Shown here one piece after another: positions 13,115-26,714 of a stretch of DNA of 64,000 nt. The translations under genes were made by a program, and so were the position numbers. The DNA is taken from NCBI GenBank assembly GCA_951406725.2, contig OX597820.1:1798001-1862000 (forward strand), given 5' to 3'. Under the pieces are notes generated by a model. That model did no database searches. It saw only the letters and a program-made list of their open reading frames with translations, and was not told the origin of the DNA. Origin of the DNA: Octopus vulgaris. Taxonomy: Eukaryota. How positions within the stretch are numbered: position 1 is the first letter of the stretch; each line of letters starts with the position of its first letter.

Positions 13115-13195
13115 TTCTACACATGTTTCAAAGGCCACAATTTTCCAAATTCTGATTAAATAAGGATACCATATTGCAGCTTTCTCTTCAGGAAA
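13115..13195 (-). ncRNA. Hammerhead-like motif with long stem II
   Basis: ttc-CTGAAGA-G-AAAGCTGCAAT...ATTGTGGCCTTT-GAAA-C-ATGT-GTA-gaa, within an insert adjoining (TA)n. Confidence 0.55.
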
Positions 13196-13381
13196 AACCA
13201 GGAATTACGTTGTCAGAGCAAAACAAAACGGAGGCGCAGCAAAGCAGTTCGAACGAGGACGCTCCTTAAGAGCCCATGGGCAAACTGTTTATCAATGTAC
13301 GTTGAAATCGGGGGGTTGGTGGGGGTCGACAAAAGGTCCGTTGGAATAATTACAGGTCAGGCCGCGGTCAAATCTAGTAGG

Positions 13382-13481
13382 NNNNNNNNNNNNNNNNNNN
13401 NNNNNNNNNNNNNNNNNNNNNNNNNNNNNNNNNNNNNNNNNNNNNNNNNNNNNNNNNNNNNNNNNNNNNNNNNNNNNNNNN
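13382..13481. other. Assembly gap (100 N)
   Basis: Direct reading. Confidence 1.
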
Positions 13482-13629
13482 TTGTTATTGATGATGTTGG
13501 TGATGATGATGATGATGTTGTTGTGGTGTTGGTGTTGGTAGTTGATGATGATGATGATGATGATGATGACGATGACGATGATGATGATGAGGATGAGGCT
13601 GATGGTGATGCAGCTCAGTCAAACCTTTC

Positions 13630-13910
13630 GGAAAGCACGGTAGTCGATTGCGTTAACCCCAAACGAAGGCCGCGTGAACCGGTGGATAGAGAAACTGACC
13701 GAGCAATAGTGTGGCCACAGTTTGTGACCAGCCAACAGAAAAAGAAAAAAAAAAACCTCTTTTGTGCAACGACTCCATTCGAGACCGTATCGTTGCCGTA
13801 TAAATAGAGACCAAATCTGGTCAACGCAGTCGCTGAACAAGTTTGTGCAGTTTACAGTGAAGCGGACGGGAAAAACCATTGACAAGGTGTTGTGGAGGGC
13901 TGTAGACTGT
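13630..13910 (+). mobile_element. Degenerate Ty3/Gypsy gag remnant
   Basis: Frame pieces EPVD and LLCNDSIRDRIV resemble the gag motif DxMIRDRIV; frameshifted. Confidence 0.35.
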
Positions 13911-14119
13911 GCTGAACAATGTACCCGGTCGTGATGCAAAGATTGTAATGGGCAAAAGTCACCGCAGAGTGGTCTGGGGTCACTATAAGCCTTTTTCTTT
14001 TTTCTGTCTGAATGATATACTTATCCATTTCTGTCAAGTCGGTGGCATGGCCAACCTGAACACTATGCCAGCGAGGTCCTACCTCGTATCATTTCTCAAC
14101 AAGTTAAACCACTGATACA

Positions 14120-14300
14120 AATAAAGATCCCCTGGGAGCAAGTCAGATTTTTCAAGGGCTGGGAAACGGGCGACCAGATATCGAACCTTTAGGGGAATCC
14201 AGAGAAAGTAATCGATAAATAATCGGTGTCTGTGTTCCATTGATTACTTGAAGGCGTTCGACTGCGTCGACCAAGCCAAACTGCGAGATATGAATTATGT
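14120..14300 (+). mobile_element. RTE LINE reverse transcriptase remnant
   Basis: ETGDQISNL...EK...IDYLKAFDCVDQAKL matches the RT motif IDYxKAFDxV. Confidence 0.6.
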
Positions 14301-15126
14301 CTACACCAGACAACCAAAAGACGAAGGTGGTGATGGTTAATCCCAGTGAGCTCCCAGGAACTCAGAGCAATGACCAAATGTCTGAGTTAGTTGAAAGTCT
14401 CTGCGGGCTAGCCAGTGGCCAGTCAGTAATAAGAGGCCTAATCGAAGTCTAAAAAGATCACAGCATGCTCTGCAACCCCAAATTGTGGTTAGTGAAGTCA
14501 CTGGTCCTCTCTGTGGTTCTGTACAACGGTTGGGCGTGGTTATCAAACACTGAGCCACAGCGCAGCAAAAACAATAGCTTCGAGTAGCGGTGCTAGTGCT
14601 GTACAAACTTAAATACTAGAACCTACTAGGGCTATCCTCTCTCTCTCTCTCTGATAAACATTGTGCGCGGTCACATTTACTGCCAGTATTTAACAGCCTC
14701 GATTGAACCCTCAGGCTTCGTACTTTCTTAAGTTTCTTAAATTTCTTAGAAGCCTGGGTAACTGTGGACTGATTACGTAAAGCACTGCACGTCCAGTCAG
14801 CCTTATACGTGGCCTGGGGAGACCGGCTCCAAACTGTGATGAGCCATTAACGATGAAATCAATGGAGGCTGGCGAACGGTACGCTTCATCTATCTGATGG
14901 TGCACAAAGAATCTTATAGGACCCATCTATTTAGATATTAGATGAATTAGAGCATACAAAAAAAAAAAAACAGAAATAGGGGATATGGCTGTTAAGAAGT
15001 TCGCTTTGCAGTTTGGGGTTCAATCTCTCTGTGCGGCACCTTCGACATGTGTCTTTTATTATTGCTTCGGTTCGACCGATGCTTTGTGAGTGACATCCGT
15101 AGACAGAAAATGTGGGGAAATGTAGG

Positions 15127-15362
15127 AAGGCGGCGAGCTGGCCGGAACGTTAGCACGCCGGGCGAGATGCGTAACCGTATTTCGTCTGCCGTTACGTTCT
15201 GACTTCAAATTCCGCCGAGGTCGACTTTGCCTTTCATCCTTTTGGGGTCAATAAATTAAGTACCAGTTACGCACTGGGGTCGATGTAATCGACTTAATCC
15301 ATTTGTCTGTCCATGTTTGTCCCCTCTGCGTTTAGCCCCTTGTGGGTAGTAAAGAAATAAGA
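15127..15362 (+). mobile_element. OK-like SINE, full length
   Basis: AAGGCGGCGAGCTGG...TTCAAATTCCGCCGAGGTCGACTTTGCCTTTCATCC...GGGTAGTAAAGAAATA. Confidence 0.9.
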
Positions 15363-15391
15363 AAATGTGGGGAAGCCCGGAGTATACGTGT

Positions 15392-15424
<33 letters not shown>

Positions 15425-15996
15425 AAGAGAGAGGGAGAGAGATTTGATCTCTTTGACTAAAATCCTCCAGGGTGGTGCCCCAGCATGGCCGCGATCCAGT
15501 AATTGTAATGACCAAATGAGAGACGTATATATTGGCCAGAACACACTTCTATTGTTGGACCCAACGGATTGCAATGCCATCTTCGTCGGGCACTATGTGA
15601 TTTCAAAGTTTCACTTTACCGAATCGCTAAGTTACGGGGACGTTAACAAACCAACACCGATTATCAAGTAGTGGTGGGGGAACAAAAACGCACACTCACA
15701 CACACACACATTCGATGGGCTTCCGCTCAGTTTCCATCTATCAAAATTACTAACACTTCGGCCCTGGGCTATAATCGAAAATCACTCGCGACATCTTGGA
15801 CTGTGGGCAAGTGTCTTCCATCATAGCCCCCGGGTCGACCAAAGCTTTGTGGGAGGATTTGGTAGGTGGAAACTGAAAGAAGCCCGTCGTATATATGTAT
15901 ATATATATTTATATATGTGTGTGTGTGTGTGTATATATATGTGTGTGTGTGTGTATGCTTATATATGTATGTGTATATATATATATATACACACAC

Positions 15997-16127
<131 letters not shown>

Positions 16128-16350
16128 CATACATACATACATACATATATACATATACATACATGTATATATGTATATGCACAGACACAAAACCTCAAAC
16201 ACAAGTATATGAATATAGAAGCATATAAAATAACATAGAAAAATACAAACAAAAGAAAAAAAGATAATACATAAAATTGAGTTATTTTCTTAAAAAGACA
16301 AATTAATTTAAGAGAAGAAATTTTGTAAATGGATGTATAAAGAATGAATT

Positions 16351-16422
16351 TGGAGATACCGGGTCTCGAACCCGGGGCCTTTCGCTTGCGAAGCGAACGC
16401 TCTACCACTGAGCTATATCCCC
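16351..16422 (-). tRNA. tRNA-Ala(CGC)
   Basis: GGGGATATAGCTCAGTGGTAGAGCGTTCGCTT-CGC-AAGCGAAAGGCCCCGGGTTCGAGACCCGGTATCTCCA. Complete cloverleaf, G3:U70 alanine identity pair, discriminator A, intact A/B boxes. Confidence 0.95.
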
Positions 16423-16639
16423 AATATGCTTGAAGTTCTTTCCATAGACGTATTTATTTCCGACTTGGCTACGTGGTGCATGCTGGGAAATAGCTAGGTG
16501 GACGCTGTATGGGCGGGGCTGTCGGGAAGGAAAATCGATTTTATTTAGAATGTCTCAGCTTCGTCTCTACTGCAAGCACACATCGCCCGCGCGCGCGCCC
16601 ACTAGATTGCACACACGCATCTCCCCCATCCCCGCGCAT

Positions 16640-17700
16640 TCCTTCTTCTTTTCTTTCTCTCTATTCTTGAATCTTTGTTTCTTTCTTCATCTTGCTGTGA
16701 ATCACTCTCTCTCTCTCTGACTCCCTGTCTTCCTCTCCCTCCTTTCTCCACCAACCTCTCACTATCTCTCTCCTTACCCCTTCTCTCTCTCTCATCCTAT
16801 TCCTCTCTCTTCATCTTCCGACATTTTCCTTCTTGTTTCACTTTCACTTTCTTCCTTCAGCCATGTTTCTTATTTCCACATACCTCCCCCCTCACTCTAT
16901 CATTCTCTCCCCTCTTTTTTCACTCTCTCTCTCTCTATCATTTCCTAACTCATTCTCTCTTTCCCCTTCTCTCCCTCTCTCACTCTTTCATTCATATTCT
17001 TTCGCTTTCTCACCTTCTCTCTCTCTTTCTCTCTCTCATATACTCAATCCTGTTTTGGCACACATAAAATCACATGCGATGACAACGTTTCCTTCCTATT
17101 TCCTTCTTCCTCCTTTCTACCTTTTCATTCATACATTCTTTCTTTTTTCTTTCTTTTTTTCTTCTTTCTTACCCATTTTCTTTCCTTGCTTCTTTCTTTC
17201 TTCTCTCCTCTTTCTTTTTTCTTTCTTTTCATCTTTTCCTTCTTTCTTTCTTTCCTTCTTTCTTCTTTTTTCTTTTCCTTCCTTCTTTCTCTTTCTAGTG
17301 TTATTTCTCTCATTCGTTTTCTTTCTTTCCTCTCCTTCTTTCTTTCTTTCTTCCTTCCTTCCTTCCTTCCTTCCTACTTCTCCATCTATCTTTCTTTCTC
17401 TCATTCTTTTTCTTCTATCTTTTCCTTCCTTCCTTTTTCATTCGTTCTTTCTTTCCTTAATTTCATTCTCACATACATCTTCCTTCCTTCCTTCCTTCCT
17501 TCCTTCCCTTCCCTCTCCTCCTCCACCCCACCCATCCACCCACATGTTCTCTTTATCCTTTATATAATACACACACGTTTCTTTCTACGGCTTCTTCAAA
17601 CATTACGCATTCTCTCTTTCTTTCTCTCTTATCTTCCTTCCATCTCTCTCTCTCTCTTCCTCTCTCTCTCTCTCTTCCTCTTCATCCCTCCTTCTATTTG
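16640..17700. repeat. Polypyrimidine low-complexity tract (CT/CTT/CCTT)
   Basis: Direct reading. Confidence 0.9.
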
Positions 17701-17875
17701 TCACACACACACACACACACACAGCTGAACCATGTATTCTGAACTCATTTTACTTTAGATCATTTATACAACCCACGGCAAAAAGTGGATCTTCGCATCT
17801 GCTTGATTGTTCTTTATATATATGTATATACATACATATACATATACATACATACACCTACATACACACACACAC

Positions 17876-17964
<89 letters not shown>

Positions 17965-18347
17965 CAAATACACATAAGTATACATACATAAATATACCCA
18001 TGTACATATAAACATATACATAATTATGCATATATAAACACATACATAAATATACACATGTACACACAAACACACACATAAATATATACACGCATACATA
18101 AACACATATGCACATATAAAAACATATGTGTATATAAATATATATACGCATATATAAGTATATATACGCATATAAAAACATATATGCATATATAAATACA
18201 CACGCATACACACATACATTCATGTACAAATACACATGTATATATAAATACACATACGCATACATAAATATATACATGCATATACACATACATACACATA
18301 CACACACACACTTATATATACATAAATACATACATATATATATGTAT

Positions 18348-18710
18348 ATAGTCTTAGGAGAGAAGGTAATTGGGGGTGATGAAGGAACGGTGGTGTGTTG
18401 GGGGTGGGGGTTTGGGTGGGGTGTCGTCAATCGGGTGGCCGGGTGGGTCTGTAATTTTTGTAGTTTGCATAGATTTTGTGCATACAGTTTGGGGAGTGTT
18501 CTGAGATCTTGATGAGGAGAGGGCCTTTGGCGGATAAGATCTCCAAGCTCTCAGAAATGCAAAGGTCACAGCAAGTATGGCCTCCCGTGTAAGAACGCGC
18601 TCTCTGGAGTAGTCTCCACTTGATCTTGAAGGGGATGGAGTTCCTTTTAAGGTGCCAGATATGGACGGTGAGAGTAGTCTGGTTAGATTTGTCAGGTCGC
18701 CGGAACGAAT
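18348..18710 (-). mobile_element. Penelope-like element C-terminal/3' fragment; shorter copy at 22187-22371
   Basis: Minus translation FRRPDKSNQTTLTVHIWHLKRNSIPFKIKWRLL...CDLCISESLEIL...LLIKISE...CMHK fits the PLE endonuclease tail pattern HIW.LK...I.W...C.LC..E...LLNK.SE...C.H. Confidence 0.7.
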
Positions 18711-18721
18711 GTATATATATA

Positions 18722-19090
18722 CTAGCAGTATCGCCCGGCGTTGCTCGGGTTTGTAAGGGAAATAACTATAAAGCATTTTTAGAGAGTTATAGCCAAAAAA
18801 TAGCAAAAAAATGGAAAAAAATTATGGTAAATTTTTTTTTAGTTAAAAAGGTCGAGTTGCGTCCCCTAGACAGTCTGTGGTTTGTGTTTCTGATTCTCGA
18901 CCCCATGTCGAATTTATCGATTTTTTTCAGAACTGTGGGAACTTTTCAAAATTTTCGTTGCGTTAGTTTTGAATTATGACATTGGGCTATGTGTGTGTCA
19001 AGTTTCATCAGAATCGGTTGAAAGCCGTGGTCAGGGTGAGGGTACAACCTAACAGACACACAGACAAACTGCCGTTTATATATAGAGAGA
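18722..19090 (-). mobile_element. Non-autonomous Helitron
   Basis: Minus strand starts TC (19090), ends CTAG (18722), has the hairpin CCCGAGC-AAC-GCCGGG just before the 3' end, and sits between A and T with no TSD. Confidence 0.85.
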
Positions 19091-19342
19091 TATACGTATA
19101 TGTACATACATATATATGTATATACATATGCATATATGGTTACAGGTCGTCATAAAACGTAAACAACATAAAATACAAAATGCGAAAACATGGAATACGA
19201 ACTTATTTTGCGAAAAACGAAAGAAACAAGTGGAAAGCAAGACAAGCAACATTAAGAACGACCCTTCATCAGTTTCAACTGTTTTATCTACTCCATATTT
19301 CGAGCAATTACAAGATGTTTCTTCGAGGAACAGTTGCCCCCG

Positions 19343-19389
<47 letters not shown>

Positions 19390-19400
19390 TTTATAGAAGG

Positions 19401-19451
19401 AGCTTCTACAGGACTAGAACTGTTTCATTCAAAAGAAATCATCAGGAAGCT
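19401..19451 (-). ncRNA. Compact type-I hammerhead motif
   Basis: AGCTTC-CTGATGA-T-TTC-tttt-GAA-T-GAAA-CAG-ttctagtc-CT-GTA-GAAGCT; 6-bp stem I, 4-bp stem III; in a ~250-bp insert flanked by (TA)n. Confidence 0.7.
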
Positions 19452-19633
19452 AGGTGAAAAGAATAGTTTTGGCATTTATACATTTAGGCAGATTTAAAGT
19501 GGTGGTGGTGGGGGACTTTTTGGGGTAGGCATGGCGCAAACTGTCTTTCTTAGGGGAGTGGTCAAAAGAATCAGTGATAAAGTAGATAAAAGAATAAATA
19601 GAATAGAGTTTTAGGTAAAAAAGAAGACTATCA

Positions 19634-19635
<2 letters not shown>

Positions 19636-19693
<58 letters not shown>

Positions 19694-19698
19694 CACAC

Positions 19699-19750
<52 letters not shown>

Positions 19751-19916
19751 CCATACACATACTCATACATACACACATACATATATCTATACACTCACAT
19801 ATATATATATATACAAATACACACACACATACATGCCAACATGCAAGCACACGCACACATATATCTACACACATATATATAAAAAAGAATATACACCCCC
19901 ATACACACACGCTCAC

Positions 19917-20003
<87 letters not shown>

Positions 20004-20696
20004 TACATACATATACATATGTATATACATGCACACATATACACACCCATTTCTTCCCTTATTTTATTTTATTTTTATTTTTATTTTGACCTCGACCTAC
20101 GAGGCCGGCACTGAAGTAAGACCCTCCCGAGGGAGCTAGCCGGCCTAAAAAAACCATTTATTGCCCCTCTCCCTTCCTTTCTATCTTTCTTCCCACTGAT
20201 ACGAACACAAACACTCACACATGCACACACACTCACACGCACACTCATACACATACACAAACGCACGTGTTCTATGTATACACATACATATACACACACA
20301 AGTACACATATTCATACATATATAAGTGTACCGACTTTCACATAAACGTACACATAACTATGTCCACACAAAACCACATATATAAATGTACTTCAATACA
20401 CATAAACACACATGAACATCTGCCCGCATATATAGACGCATATGCCTATATACAGACATTTGTGCATATAAACATACATACGCATATATACGCATCCATA
20501 CGCTTTTAAGTACATATTAGCACACATGCACGCATACACGTGTACATAAAAGCATACCTACATATACCTACCTACACACATACATATACATACATGCACG
20601 TATATACACATACGTACACGTACCTACAAATTCATATCTACACGCCTACACATACTTACATCTATACACACACAGAAAACTAGTCCATATATATAC

Positions 20697-20741
<45 letters not shown>

Positions 20742-21174
20742 CACGTACGTATATACCTACATATACATACACATATATACTTACACCAGTCATATACATA
20801 CCTACATACACATACATCCATATATATCTATACATATACATACACATATATAAACACATGCACATACTAATACACATACGCATATCTACGCACATACACG
20901 CACACATATCTATCTACATATATAAAAAAGAAACCCAACAAGTCCATACATATACACACATACATATACATATACACGTACATACATACACATACATATA
21001 CACATATATACCCATACAAATATACATACATATACACATACACATATATATATATATATACATATATATACATACACACACATATACATACACATACATA
21101 TACGTCCATACGCACACCCATATACATACATACATCCACACAGAGGTATACAGGCATATACACACACATATATA

Positions 21175-21211
<37 letters not shown>

Positions 21212-22185
21212 GAACGCACACATATACACATACATACACATATATACACCAATACACATACGCATACATATATGTATACATATGTATATACATATGCATA
21301 CATATACACACACACACGCCCATCTATATATGCATAAATACATACATGCATACAAACATATACATATATACATACATGCATACTCAAATAATAATTATAT
21401 ATACGTGCAATTACCCATACTTACACATACATATACGCGCGCCTGTACACATACATACAGATACATACATATAAACATACACATATATACATATTTACAC
21501 ATATACACATATATACATACATACATATACACATATATCTACATACATACATATACATAAAACACACAAGCGTACATATATATATCTATATATCTATATA
21601 CACATATATATACATATATAAATATACATACATATGTAAATACACGTACACACATACATACGTATATTCATACTTACACCCATACATATATATACATATA
21701 CATGTGTACATATACACACCCATAAACATATACACAAGCATATACCTACACGTAAATATATACCCGTATACACACAGACTCATACACTAGTACATACACA
21801 CACATATATGTACACACATATGCACACACACATATATACAAATACACACATACATATACATACATACATACACATACATACATATCCATAAATACATATA
21901 TGTACATATACATGCACATACATCTACATACACATATATACACATATATATACGCACACACACATATATACATTTATATATATATACATATATACACATA
22001 CATATACACACTCATATATATACACATGCAAAACCATGTACACATATACACATGCACACGTATGCACGCCTTCGCATACACATGTACATACACTGTAGCA
22101 CATACATTCACATACAGATACGTATATGCACTCGTATACATATATATACGCACACGCACATATGCCTACGCCCATATATATGTGA
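19636..22185. repeat. Long degenerate (TA)/(CA)/(TACA) microsatellite patchwork
   Basis: Direct reading; source of many Y/I/H/T and C/V/M ORFs. Confidence 0.9.
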
Positions 22186-22442
22186 ATAGTCTTAGGAGAG
22201 AAGGTAATTGGGGGTGCTGAGGGAACGGTGGGGGTTGCGGGGGGGGGGGTGTCGTCAATCGGGTTGCCGGGTGGGTCTGTAGTTTTTGTAGTTTGCATAA
22301 ATTTTGTGCATACAATTTGGGGAGTGTTCCGAGATCTTGTTGAGGAGAGGGCCTTTGGCGAACAAGATCTCTTGAAACATATGTAGAAAATAATAAAAAG
22401 GAATTTTGTTAAATCTTCGTTCAGCTCCATTTCTTCCTACAC

Positions 22443-22515
<73 letters not shown>

Positions 22516-22516
<1 letters not shown>

Positions 22517-22910
22517 ACTTAGATTGGTTTCGGCCATTATCGGCCCAGGTCATGACTAACTCAATAGCATCCCCTGGAAAAGTCTTTTAATCAATTATTT
22601 CGGGATACCATGGGCCACTCAAGCAGAGAGTTGTTGTTGGCTGAGACGTACCCAGGTGTAGGTGGCTTATCCGGTATTTCCCGGAGGAATTTTTCCAGAT
22701 ACCGTTTGACAGTTGTGGGGTCTTTTTCTACTTTAATTTCTTTCAAGATGACACTGAAAAGAGCAGAACCATTTGCAGTGAAGAAATTGTGTCGCAATGT
22801 TCTTATGTGATGTGATCTCCACCTTTGTAGGGGACGTATTGCACGAAGGCCTTGTCTTGTGTGAATTGTAAACATTATACCGATATCATTTTGATGATAT
22901 TGGTGGAATA
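22516..22910 (-). mobile_element. CR1/L2-type LINE 3' fragment
   Basis: ...GSALFSVILKEIK...KRYLEKFLREIPDKP...NNSLLEW plus 3' UTR ending ATCTAAGTT; homologous to 39845-40346. Confidence 0.8.
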
Positions 22911-23356
22911 TCTCCACGGTGGTACTGAACTCAAATCCGCGTAGTTGGAAAGGAAGCTTCTTAACCACACTGCCATGGTTGTGTCGGATTATCGAATAAA
23001 ATCATCCCCCCACCCCCACACTTTTATCTGCAGCCGAATATTCAACTTGTTTAAGATGCCAAATATATCTGCTATGCACGCATGTTCTATATTTGACTGA
23101 ACTGGACTCTTTTGGTATTTGTCTTTGATAAATTCCTTCAGTTCTTCACTCAGCATGAAGACTTCGACTGTCCACTCTTCTCGTTGACATTAAATCAAAT
23201 CTAAACCAGCGACGCATCTAGGTCAGAGTTCATGTTCTTTAAAGCTTTATACTAGATTATTCAAATGCATGTTTACTTGTCTCGTATTCACAATCGATGA
23301 TTCGACTGACCGATTCTTTGACAGCTGTACTTAATTTATTGGGGGATAGATTTGAT

Positions 23357-23530
23357 AAGGCAGCGAGATAGCGGAATTGTTAGCACGCCGGAGAAAATGC
23401 TTAGTGGCATTTCTTTCGGCTTTACGTTCTGAGTTCAAATCCCGCCGTGATCGACTTTGCCTTTCATCTTTTACGGGTCGATAAAATGAGGTACCAGTCA
23501 CTTCCTGAAGTCGAACTAATCAACCTGTCC
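23357..23530 (+). mobile_element. OK-like SINE (older copy)
   Basis: Match to the SINE at 15127. Confidence 0.8.
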
Positions 23531-23569
23531 CATCCTGCTGCTGCTGCTGCTGACCGTCGTCCCGTTCAG

Positions 23570-23940
23570 GGAGAATGGATGCTACACAAGGATGCTACGA
23601 ACGACCCTAAATATGAAATGGCAGCAACACATAACGAATGAATGCCTTTATGGAGACCTGCCGGAAGTTAGTGAGAAGATCAGGCAAAGACGGTTGCGAC
23701 TCTCTGGTCACTGTGTGCGCCATCCTCGGCTGGAAGCATCCGAATTAGTGTTGAGGAACCCATTTCATGGTGATGTAAAGAAGAGGGAAACGTCACCACA
23801 CTTACATCGACAACTTGACTGCAGACACGGCATGGAATGTATTCAGGACATCGTGGGAGCGATGACAGACCGAGAAGTGTGGCGGGTGGACTTTGTTGCT
23901 GCGGCCCGGGTTGGAACTCTGTCATACTAATAATAATAAT
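23570..23940 (+). mobile_element. RTE LINE 3' fragment
   Basis: WQQHITNECLYG...IRQRRLRLSGHCVRH...DREVWR, ending in (TAA)n. Confidence 0.85.
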
Positions 23941-23944
23941 TGGT

Positions 23945-24307
23945 CGCTTATACGCTGTGGAAAACGGGTAGCCAGCCACATGAGTCTATAGTTTTAAGGG
24001 TCACGCGTAGCGACGACCCTATGACGAACATGTCCGGAGGGCAATAGCACCAGATCCTCCAGGTTGGAGTAAGCGGAGTGGTGGTCAGTTGAAGAAATGG
24101 CCCACGACTGTCAGAGCAGACATGAAGCTCGTTTCCGGTCCTCGAGTCTTGGGCGTTCGGCGCTGGAACCGAGAATGGCTTCAACACGCTGCAGAATCGG
24201 CCGTCGAAAGACGTGCATGGACAAAGTACATAGCCCCGTGATGCGGTGAACTCAATAGGGTGCGGCTTAACTCCACCCGGGTGAATGCTTTTACAAGACA
24301 AGACAAT
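23945..24307 (+). mobile_element. Second, degenerate RTE LINE 3' fragment
   Basis: GHA..DDP...GPRLS...GVRRWNREWL pieces; ends in (ACAAG)n tail. Confidence 0.55.
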
Positions 24308-25255
24308 AGATATAGGTTTAAGGAAAAAAAGTGTTTTGATGCCCACCCCTTCGGTTACCAGCGGGGTGCGCTCCTTCACCGATGTTTGACCGGTGCATCA
24401 TCAATTGTAACAACTTATTTTTAATTCAAAGAAATTCTTAACAATTTCCAAAACATTTTGAGTCTTTGTGGTTTCAAAAATTTTATAAAATAAAAATCCA
24501 TCTTTTAAATCTCCATCAATCATGAATCGTGCAAACTCCAAGAACTGAGAGGATCCTGTGAGCGTCAGTCATGTCGTCCTACTTTACATATTTTGGCACA
24601 AGGCCAGCAATTTCGGGGTGGTGAAGAGGGGTATAACACAATTACATTGACCCCCAGTGTTCAACTGGTATTTATTTTGTCGACCCCGAAAGGATAAAAG
24701 ACAAAGTGGACCTCAGCGGAATTTGAACTCAGAACATAAAGACAGACGAAATGCCGCTGAGCAGTTTGCCCGGGGTGCTAACGACTCTGCCAACTCAACA
24801 CCTTATATATAAGCTGCTGAGTAACGAGGAAGACGTGTGGCTTAGTGGCATTCGGCTCGTGACCGGAAGGCTGTGAGTTCGATTCCAGGCGGCAGTTGTG
24901 ACCTTGTCCAAGACACTATATAAAAGGTAAATATTCAAAGACCCCTTTATTACAATCCCGAATTGATCAAGACAGGTGCGCCATTCATCGCAAAAGGTTG
25001 GCGTGTATCCTAAGTAACCAAAGAAAGCCATCAAAGAAGAAAGCCACGGCTGCTGGAACTAGTTCAAGGTGGTTGTCGTCGACAAGAGAGCGCAGGTGGA
25101 GGCCTTCTGCACGCAAAGGCGAAACCTATCCTTGCTGCTCCACTCGGGGTCGACAAAATAAGTACCAGTTGTGTACTGGAGTCGATCTAATCGACTGCCC
25201 CGTCCCCAAAAATTTCGGGCCTTGTGCCTAGAATAGAAAAGAATATATGTCCATA

Positions 25256-25475
25256 AAGGCGACGAGCTGGCAGAAACGTTAGCGCACCGGGCGAAATGCG
25301 TAGCCGTATTTCGTCTGTCTTTACGTTCTGAGTTCAAATTCCGCCGAGGTCGACTTTACCTTTCATCCTTTCGGGGGTCGATAAATTAAGTACCAGTTGC
25401 GTACTGGAGCCGATCTAATCGACTGGCCCCCACTCCCTCAAAATTTCGAACCTTGTGCCTAGAATAGAAAAGAAT
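25256..25475 (+). mobile_element. OK-like SINE; further copies at 24595-24795(-), 31499-31685, 36826-37204(-, two copies) and 42008-42218(-)
   Basis: Match to the SINE consensus seen at 15127. Confidence 0.85.
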
Positions 25476-25885
25476 ATAGCTCTTTCTCAAGCTACTATAA
25501 AACCTGCTCGGGTCCCATTCGATTTTTCTGAGGGCGAATCAGAACTGGTTTCTGGTTCTATGGGGCGGTTGGTTTGGCATTGTTATTTATGGCTGAGTAT
25601 GGGAATATTGTTTATGAAATTTTTGTGTGGGGTTTTATCGAAACAGTTGAAACACTCCTGTCACAACCTGGGACCTTGAAAACTGCTTTAATGCAAGAAA
25701 GTATACTAGTCCCTTAATGTTTGATATTCAATATTTCATCTTTTCAATAAGACAATCAATGCTTCATTTCATTTTACTATATATATCATTTATACTATAT
25801 ATTCTATATTCTACATTAATATTCTAAAGAATATAAATAAAACATAAAAAACAGAGTTGGAATCTCTTTGAATAATATATGTATG

Positions 25886-26283
<398 letters not shown>

Positions 26284-26452
26284 TTCGTTCCAGTACACGA
26301 TCTCATACCAGGTCACTTGCTATGCAAGTACATCTCCGTAAATATATATATACTTGGAATTTACAATAAAAGAAACAAACAAAACAAAAGACGAAGACGG
26401 TGTGCAAACAACAAACAAATGTATTAGTTTTACGCTTGGGAAGTGAGAAAGT

Positions 26453-26488
26453 CTTTTACGTTTCGAGCCTACGCTCTTCAACAGAAAG
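26453..26488 (-). ncRNA. Minimal hammerhead-like motif, U6 variant, in a solo Penelope terminus (26360-26545)
   Basis: CTTT-CTGTTGA-A-GAGC-gtag-GCTC-GAAA-C-GTA-AAAG. Confidence 0.62.
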
Positions 26489-26678
26489 GAACACAGAAAT
26501 TAAAGAGAGAAAATGAAAAAGGTTTAGTGGCTAGCGATCAATCATATATATTTGTGTGTATGTGCGCGCGCGTGTATATATATATATATATATATATATA
26601 CGCACGCACATATTTACCATATACATAATATATACATATATATATATATATACACACACACACATATATACCATATAC

Positions 26679-26714
<36 letters not shown>

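Noticed and set aside
13295-13807. 170-aa acidic ORF
   Set aside because: Spans the N gap and a (GAT)n microsatellite.
19255-19312. Minus-strand CTC-GAAA...CTGATGA-AGGG, possibly a permuted (type II) hammerhead
   Set aside because: I could not form convincing stems I and III in this copy; worth rechecking on a family consensus.
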